Assembly (NCBI GenBank): GCA_963666565.1
Contig: OY762911.1
Coordinates: 448,001 to 512,000 of the forward strand
From: Thermoanaerobaculia bacterium
GTDB taxonomy: Bacteria > Acidobacteriota > Thermoanaerobaculia > Multivoradales > Multivoraceae
DNA: 64,000 bases
Direction of reading: 5' to 3'
The notes below the pieces were generated by a model. The model saw nothing but the letters and a program-made list of their open reading frames with translations. It did no database searches and was not told the DNA's origin. This document shows, one piece after another, positions 56,915-64,000 of the stretch. How positions within the stretch are numbered: position 1 is the stretch's first letter; the number at the start of each line of letters is the position of its first letter. The position numbers and the translations under genes were made by a program.

Positions 56915-57154
56915 CTGACCGCCGGGCGTGGGCGGTCGGCCAGGTACTCGCACAGCGGCAACCGGACCTTGGTCGTCCTCGCGGAGGGTTCACCCTGCTC
57001 CATCCGCTCGGCAACGATGCCGAGAGACAGGGGCCTTAGGCCGCCTAGCCTAGTGGCGTCTTCACGGCTCTCACCGGAGGGCGTGACGCCTGCTCACGAT
57101 GTTCGCCAGCCAGCCGCCATCCTCCTCGCGCTCTGTCTCGACGGTAAGCCTCAT
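56915..57154 (-). pseudogene. degraded hicB-hicA toxin-antitoxin remnant
   Basis: MRLTVETEREEDGGWLA (HicB-like start), IVAERMEQGEP (HicB-like end), STWPTAHARR (HicA-like start). Confidence 0.55.
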
Positions 57155-57189
57155 CTGTTTCGCCGGACGGGCGCTCACCGCCACGGCGA

Positions 57190-58623
57190 CTAGGGCCGCT
57201 GCGCGCGCTTCCTCAGACCCCGCAGGAAGACGCCGTTCAGCGCGATCAGCACGGCGGCGACGACGATCCACTGGCCGAACATGTTGCCGACGCCCAGCGG
57301 CCCCCAAAGCGGTTCGTTGCGGACGCTCCAGCACATCCAGACAACGAGGGCCACCGCCTCGACCACGACCAGCCGGATCGCCCAGTCCCACCAGGCGCCG
57401 ATTCGGATGTCCTGGTCGCCGCCGTTGATGATCTCGGCGCGGAAGCGGGTGACGCCGTAGCGGATCACGATCAGCGCGAAGAAGAGGCCGCAGAACATCA
57501 GCGCGACGCTCCAGACGTTGTCCTGGTTCAGCCAGAACGGCTGCCAGAGCGCCGAGGGCACGCCGAGGACGAAGGCCGCCACCGCGATGGAGACGATCGC
57601 CTTGCGCCGTTCGAGCCCGGCCTCCTGAAGCGCCAGGCCGACCAGTTGGAACATGGCCACCAGGGAGGTCCAGGCGGCGAACACCAGGGCCATGAAGAAC
57701 AGGATCATGAAGAACGCGCCGCCCGGCATCGCGTTGAAGAGCTGGGGAATCCAGATGAACGTCAGACCCTCGTTGCCGGCGCCGACGATCTGGTCGGCGG
57801 CGCCGGGCATGATCGAGAAGACGGTACACAGGACCATGATCCCGGCCAGCAGCGAGACGCTGTTGTTGCCGAACGCGAGCAGGAACGAGTTCAGGTTCGT
57901 GTCCTCGCGGCGGCGCGAGAACACGGCGTAGGTCAGTACCAGGCCCCAGCCGGCGCCGGTGTCCCAGGCGTTCTGGGTCAGCGCCTGCAGCCAGATGTTG
58001 AAGTCCAGCAGGTCGCTCCACTCGGGCTCGAACAGGAACTCGAGCCCCCTGGCCGCACCGGGCAGCGTCACCGCGCGGATCGCGAGCACCACCACCAGAA
58101 CCAGCAGCGCCGGCATGAGGATCCGCACCACCGTCTCGATCCCCCGGATCCCGTTGAGGACGACGATCACGGCCATCGCGAGCGCCAGGGCGTGGAAGAC
58201 CAGCACCTGCGGTGTGTACGAGAACTCCTCCCAGAGCTGGGCCGAGCGCTCGCCCTGGAGCTGCATCGTGATGGCGGCCAGGAAGTAGCGCAGGGTCCAG
58301 CCCATCACCACCGCGTAGTAGAAGCCGATCGCCGCCGCCACCCATGCTATCCAGGCGCCCATCCAGGCGAACCGTTCGCCCATCATCGCGGCGAAGGTCC
58401 CCACCGTGCCGTTGCGCATCTTCTTGCCGAGCGCGAACTCGGCCAGAATCAGCGGCACCGACCAGAGCATCAGGAAGACGACCCAGGCGACGAGGAAGGA
58501 ACCGCCGCCGTTGGACGCCGCAATCCGGGGGAACCGCCAGATGTTGCCCGTGCCGACGGCCATGCCGAGCATGGCGAGCATCAGGCCCCACCGGCTGGAG
58601 AACAGTTGGGTCGCTGTGGTCAA
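57190..58623 (-). CDS. sodium-dependent transporter, NSS/SNF family
   Basis: GMAVGTGNIWRFP, NGGGSF, EFALG; many TM helices. Confidence 0.93.
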   Translation of the reverse strand: MTTATQLFSSRWGLMLAMLGMAVGTGNIWRFPRIAASNGGGSFLVAWVVFLMLWSVPLILAEFALGKKMRNGTVGTFAAMMGERFAWMGAWIAWVAAAIGFYYAVVMGWTLRYFLAAITMQLQGERSAQLWEEFSYTPQVLVFHALALAMAVIVVLNGIRGIETVVRILMPALLVLVVVLAIRAVTLPGAARGLEFLFEPEWSDLLDFNIWLQALTQNAWDTGAGWGLVLTYAVFSRRREDTNLNSFLLAFGNNSVSLLAGIMVLCTVFSIMPGAADQIVGAGNEGLTFIWIPQLFNAMPGGAFFMILFFMALVFAAWTSLVAMFQLVGLALQEAGLERRKAIVSIAVAAFVLGVPSALWQPFWLNQDNVWSVALMFCGLFFALIVIRYGVTRFRAEIINGGDQDIRIGAWWDWAIRLVVVEAVALVVWMCWSVRNEPLWGPLGVGNMFGQWIVVAAVLIALNGVFLRGLRKRAQRP

Positions 58624-58690
58624 GCCCTTTCCCGCACTCGTTCTATCCGGCGATGCTGGACCCTATCAGCGCGACGGGGCTTCACGTCCA

Positions 58691-58734
58691 CCTGGCCGCC
58701 TGCGGCGGCAGCGGGTCAGACGACCCGCGCACCC
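58691..58734 (+). repeat. REP-like palindrome, family A
   Basis: cctggccgcctgcggcggcaGCGGGTC-agac-GACCCGC-GCACCC. Confidence 0.7.
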
Positions 58735-58752
58735 AGTGGGCGGCCATCGTTC

Positions 58753-59169
58753 CTAGCCGACAAGGTCGCAGGCCGCGAAAAAAAAGGCGCGCTCGATCGC
58801 GGCGTTCTCGGGCGAATCGCTGCCGTGGATCGCGTTGTTCTGGATGTCAGTGCCGTAGAGGTTGCGGATCGTGCCCTCGGCGGCCTGCGTCGAGTCGGTG
58901 GCGCCCATCGTGTCGCGGAGGTGCGCCACGGCGTTGTCGCGCGCCAGCGCGACCGCCACCACGGGGCCGCTCGTCATGAAGGCGACCAGGTCGGCGTAGA
59001 ACGGCCGTTCGCGGTGTACCGCGTAGAACGCCTCGGCCTGCGCCTTCGACAGGCTCATGCGCCGCGTGGCCTGGATCTCGAAGCCCGCGTCCTCCAGGTG
59101 GGCGACGATCCGCCCCGCGTTGCCGGCACGCACCGCGTCCGGCTTGACGATCGTCAGCGTCTCTTCCAT
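58753..59169 (-). CDS. ndk: nucleoside diphosphate kinase
   Basis: MEETLTIVKPDAV, FYAVHRERPF, GTIR, NAIHGSDS. Confidence 0.97.
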   Translation of the reverse strand: MEETLTIVKPDAVRAGNAGRIVAHLEDAGFEIQATRRMSLSKAQAEAFYAVHRERPFYADLVAFMTSGPVVAVALARDNAVAHLRDTMGATDSTQAAEGTIRNLYGTDIQNNAIHGSDSPENAAIERAFFFAACDLVG

Positions 59170-59172
59170 CGC

Positions 59173-59297
59173 GTCCAACCTCCCAGCGCCGTGGCCACGC
59201 ACGCGCCCATCTTCGTCCAGCCTCCCAGCGTCGCGGCCACGCACGCGCCCATCTCCGCTAGCCTCCCAGCGCCGCGGCCACGCGCGCGCCCATCTCG
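59173..59297. repeat. three tandem ~42-bp units derived from the sucD 3' end
   Basis: cctcccagcg.cg.ggccacgc.cgcgcccatct at 59173, 59215, 59257. Confidence 0.9.
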
Positions 59298-60130
59298 GCC
59301 GGTGAATCCACGACCAGGACTCCCGCGGCGGCCAGCGCCGCCTTCTTCTCGGCCGCGGTGCCCTTGCCGCCCGCGACGATCGCGCCGGCATGGCCCATCC
59401 GCCGGCCCGGCGGCGCCGTCGCGCCGGCGATGAAGCCGACGACGGGAATGTCGAGGCGCTTGCCGATCCAGGCCGCCGCCTCCTCTTCCGCCGTGCCGCC
59501 GATCTCGCCGATCAGGACGATGGCCTCCGTCGAAGCGTCCTCCGCGAACAGCTCCAGCACGTCGATGAAGCTGGTGCCGTTCACCGGATCGCCGCCGATG
59601 CCGACGCACGTGGTCTGGCCGAGCCCCTCGTTCGTGAGCTGCCACACCGCCTCGTAGGTCAGCGTGCCGCTGCGGCTGATCACGCCGACGTTGCCCGGCG
59701 CGTGGATGTGCCCCGGCATGATGCCGACCTTCGCCTCGCCCGGCGTGATCAGGCCCGGGCAGTTCGGCCCCAGCAGGCGGCTGTTCCGGCCGGCGAGGAA
59801 GCTCTTCACCCGCACCATGTCGGCTACCGGAATGCCCTCGGTGATGCAGACGATCAGTTCGACGCCCGCGTCCGCCGCCTCCATGATCGCGTCCGCGGCG
59901 AACGGCGGCGGCACGAAGATCAGGCTGGCGTTGCAGCCAGAAGCGTCCCGCGCCTCCGCGACCGAGTCCCACACCGGGAAGCCCTCGACCGTCGAGCCGC
60001 CCTTGCCGGGCGTCACGCCGCCGGCGACATCGGTGCCGTAGTCGCGGCAGCCCAGGGCGTGGAACAGGCCTTCCCGGCCCGTGATGCCCTGCACGATCAG
60101 GCGCGTGTCCCTGCCGGCCAGGATCGACAT
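59258..60130 (-). CDS. sucD: succinate--CoA ligase alpha subunit
   Basis: [31 protein letters not shown]. Confidence 0.97.
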   Translation of the reverse strand: MSILAGRDTRLIVQGITGREGLFHALGCRDYGTDVAGGVTPGKGGSTVEGFPVWDSVAEARDASGCNASLIFVPPPFAADAIMEAADAGVELIVCITEGIPVADMVRVKSFLAGRNSRLLGPNCPGLITPGEAKVGIMPGHIHAPGNVGVISRSGTLTYEAVWQLTNEGLGQTTCVGIGGDPVNGTSFIDVLELFAEDASTEAIVLIGEIGGTAEEEAAAWIGKRLDIPVVGFIAGATAPPGRRMGHAGAIVAGGKGTAAEKKAALAAAGVLVVDSPAEMGARVAAALGG

Positions 60131-60146
60131 TCGTCTCCGTTCTCCC

Positions 60147-61322
60147 TCAGGCGCCTAGCGCCGCGACCGCGCGTTCCGCCGCCGACGCCATGCCGCCGGC
60201 GACGACGAACTCGAAGTCGGCCTCCTGGAGCACCTTGCGGCCTTCTTCCACGTTCGTTCCCTCGAGCCGCACGATCACCGGCACCTCGACCGGCGTATCC
60301 GCCGCGGCGAGTTCCTCGATCGCCGCCACCACGCCGCGGGCGATCCGGTCGGTCCGGGCGATGCCGCCGAAGATGTTGATCAGCACCGCCTTCACGGCCG
60401 CGTCCGAGAGGATGATCCGGAAAGCGCCCGCCACGGCCTCCTGCGAAGCCGAACCGCCGACGTCGAGGAAGTTGGCGGGTTCCGCGCCGTAGAACTTGAT
60501 GATGTCCATCGTCGCCATGGCCAGACCGGCGCCGTTCACCATGCAGCCGATGTCGCCGTCCAGCTTGATGTAGCTGAGGCCGTGCTTCGACGCCTCGACC
60601 TCGAGCGGGTTCTCCTCGTGGACGTCGCGAAGCTCGGCGATCTCGCGCCGCCGGAACATAGCGTTGTCGTCGAAGTTCATCTTCGCGTCCAGCGTGTAGA
60701 CGTCGCCCCGCGAGTCGACCATCAGCGGATTGATCTCCACCAGCGAGGCGTCCGTCTCCAGGTAGGCCCCGACCACGCTGGCGACGGCGGCCTGGATCTG
60801 GCGCGCCGTGGCGCCCGAGAAACCCAGTCCGGACGCCACGCGGCGGCACTGGAACGGCAGCACGCCGAGCTGCGGGTCGATCGCCTCGCGCAGGATCGCC
60901 TCCGGATCCGTCCGCGCCACCTCCTCGATGTCCATGCCGCCGGAACGGGACGCCATCAGCACCGGCCGTTCGGCCGCCCGGTCGAGCGTCACCCCCAGGT
61001 AGAGCTCCCGGTCGATGTCGAGCGCTTCCTCGATCAGGACCTTGCGCACCTTCTGGCCTTCGGGGCCGGTCTGGTGCGTCACAAGCTGCATGCCGAGGAT
61101 CTCGCCGGCGAGCCGCTCCGCCTCTTCCGGGCTGGCCGCCAGCTTGACGCCGCCCCCCTTGCCGCGGCCGCCAGCGTGAATCTGGGCCTTGACCACGCAG
61201 CGGCCCCCGAACTCCCGGCAGATCTCCGCCGCCTCCGCGGCTTCCTCGATCACCCTGCCCCGCGGAACCCTGGCGCCGAACCCGCGCAGGAGTTCCTTGG
61301 CCTGGAACTCGTGGATCTTCAC
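60147..61322 (-). CDS. sucC: succinate--CoA ligase beta subunit
   Basis: [38 protein letters not shown]. Confidence 0.97.
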   Translation of the reverse strand: MKIHEFQAKELLRGFGARVPRGRVIEEAAEAAEICREFGGRCVVKAQIHAGGRGKGGGVKLAASPEEAERLAGEILGMQLVTHQTGPEGQKVRKVLIEEALDIDRELYLGVTLDRAAERPVLMASRSGGMDIEEVARTDPEAILREAIDPQLGVLPFQCRRVASGLGFSGATARQIQAAVASVVGAYLETDASLVEINPLMVDSRGDVYTLDAKMNFDDNAMFRRREIAELRDVHEENPLEVEASKHGLSYIKLDGDIGCMVNGAGLAMATMDIIKFYGAEPANFLDVGGSASQEAVAGAFRIILSDAAVKAVLINIFGGIARTDRIARGVVAAIEELAAADTPVEVPVIVRLEGTNVEEGRKVLQEADFEFVVAGGMASAAERAVAALGA

Positions 61323-61347
61323 GCTGCGGCCTCAGCCCCGGTTCGGA

Positions 61348-62592
<1,245 letters not shown>

Positions 62593-62688
62593 GGCGGCGC
62601 AGGTTACCACGTTTCCCCGCGTCCGGTTCGAGCCTTCCCGTCTCCGGTTCGAGCCGGGTTCGCCACGGGCTTGCTAAGGTCCCCCGGG

Positions 62689-63153
62689 ATGAGCGCGACG
62701 CCCGTCTTCCACCTGCCGAGGCCCGATCACGCCGCCACCTGGGAGGGCGTCGACTGGGAGGCCCTGGTCGACGCCGCCGTCCGCTGCCGGGAACGGGCCT
62801 ACGCACCCTACAGCAGGTTCCGCGTCGGCGCCGCCCTGCTGGCCGCCGACGGCCGCGTCTACACCGGCTGCAACGTGGAGAACCGCGTGCTCGGCCTGAC
62901 TCTCTGCGCCGAGCGCGGAGCGTTGTCGTCGGCGGTCGCGGCCGGCCAGCAGTCGTTCCGGGCCATGGCGCTGGCGACCGGCGCCGTGCCGCCGGCCAGT
63001 CCATGCGGGCAGTGCCGCGACGCCCTGGCCGAGTTCAACTGCGACCTGCCGGTCGTGTCGGTCACCGCCGGCGCCCGCGACCCCGCGAACTGGCGCCGGT
63101 GGACGCTGCGCGAACTGCTGCCGGAACCGTTCGTCCTCGACCCCGAGCGTTGA
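62689..63153 (+). CDS. cdd: cytidine deaminase
   Basis: AYAPYSRFRVGAA, GCNVEN, CAE, PCGQCR. Confidence 0.94.
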   Translation: MSATPVFHLPRPDHAATWEGVDWEALVDAAVRCRERAYAPYSRFRVGAALLAADGRVYTGCNVENRVLGLTLCAERGALSSAVAAGQQSFRAMALATGAVPPASPCGQCRDALAEFNCDLPVVSVTAGARDPANWRRWTLRELLPEPFVLDPER

Positions 63154-63172
63154 CTCCCCCGAGACCGGCGCT

Positions 63173-63529
63173 TCAGGTCTCGACGGCCTCGCCGGTCTCG
63201 ACGGCCAGCGCCTCCTCGACCGTGTCGAAGGTCGGGAACAGGGAGGCGACGCCGGCCACCGTCAACAACTGGACGATCCGGTCCGAGGGACGGACCAGCA
63301 TCAGCTTGCGCTCCTGCGCCCGCAACCTCACAAGGTAGCCGACCAGCTCGCCGATGCCCGTCGAGTCCATGTAGTTGACCTCCGAGAGGTCGAGCAGCAC
63401 ATGACCGTCGCCCTCGGCCAGACTCCGCTTCAGCGCGTCGGCGAGGAAGCGCGCGCTCTCTCCCAGCTTGATCACGCCCTCGACCGCCAGCAGGCTGCAG
63501 TCGCCGATCCGTCGCTTGTTGATGATCAT
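63173..63529 (-). CDS. STAS-domain anti-sigma factor antagonist
   Basis: LLDLSEVNYMDSTGIGEL, FDTVEEAL. Confidence 0.88.
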   Translation of the reverse strand: MIINKRRIGDCSLLAVEGVIKLGESARFLADALKRSLAEGDGHVLLDLSEVNYMDSTGIGELVGYLVRLRAQERKLMLVRPSDRIVQLLTVAGVASLFPTFDTVEEALAVETGEAVET

Positions 63530-63582
63530 CGGGAAAGCGGCAAGCCCGCCGCCGGCGCGCGAAGCCGCCAGGAGCGGCGGCG

Positions 63583-64000
63583 CTAGCGGCTGAACCGGCC
63601 CACGAAGGTGCTCCGCTTGCCGGGGCTCTTCCAGGTGGCGTCCAGGCCCGGACCCTGCCAGGTGTGTTCGAGGGCGACCCCGGGCATCGCCCCGTCGGTC
63701 GGCGCCAGCGGCGGATAGAAGACGATCTCGTTGCCGCACAGGTGGTCCCGGTGGTCGAGTGGACGGGTCCTGACCGCGACCATGTCGCCGGCGGTGACGG
63801 ACGCCTCCCCGTTCGGCCGCAGGTCGAAGGCGACCTCCGCCGTCTCGATTCCGGCCACGTCCGACACGAGATCCCCGCCCATGCCGCGCGCGAAGCCCTC
63901 GAGCGCCGACCGCTGCGACGGATCAGCGCCGGCATCGACGATCAGGACGGACTCCGTGGCTCGCGCTTCGACGTACGGATCTCCGAGCGTGGCGTCCGAG
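63583..64000 (-). CDS. DUF1326-like protein, 5' end outside window
   Basis: TLGDPY, SVLIVD, HLCGNE..FYPPL, TW...KRS.FVG.F. Confidence 0.6.
   Translation of the reverse strand, partial: SDATLGDPYVEARATESVLIVDAGADPSQRSALEGFARGMGGDLVSDVAGIETAEVAFDLRPNGEASVTAGDMVAVRTRPLDHRDHLCGNEIVFYPPLAPTDGAMPGVALEHTWQGPGLDATWKSPGKRSTFVGRFSR

Noticed and set aside
59173-59297. Possible mini-CRISPR array (also 2751-2883 and 42574-42701)
   Set aside because: Units are contiguous or only two copies, derive from gene ends or REPs, have no unique spacer series, and no cas genes are present.

Overview
High-GC bacterial chromosomal segment, most consistent with Acidobacteriota (Thermoanaerobaculia-like). This is inferred from a GWxTD+VWA protein, a split atp operon and a DUF1326-like gene, not from a database search. 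It is mostly core genome: a Liv-type ABC transporter with an embedded acyl-CoA synthetase, Fo atp genes, a complete rRNA operon (16S-tRNAIle-tRNAAla-23S-5S, minus strand), purSQLFMN, dprA/topA/trmFO/xerC/hslVU, dapF, tyrS and icd-sucCD-ndk. Accessory or unexplained signals: (1) a translationally coupled pair of a TPR-only protein and a secreted protein carrying an exactly repeated peptide (AARVHIVLVG), reminiscent of RRNPP-type peptide signalling and my best candidate for an undescribed system; (2) a SmaI-like type II restriction-modification pair whose endonuclease is cleanly interrupted by an IS3-family element with subterminal inverted repeats, beside IS1595 and hicBA remnants; (3) several families of small intergenic repeats, including elements that sit exactly on TAG stop codons, and tandem 'echoes' of gene 3' ends; (4) many apparently leaderless genes and a sigma54-type promoter ahead of an ECF sigma gene. 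All calls are from reading motifs by eye.
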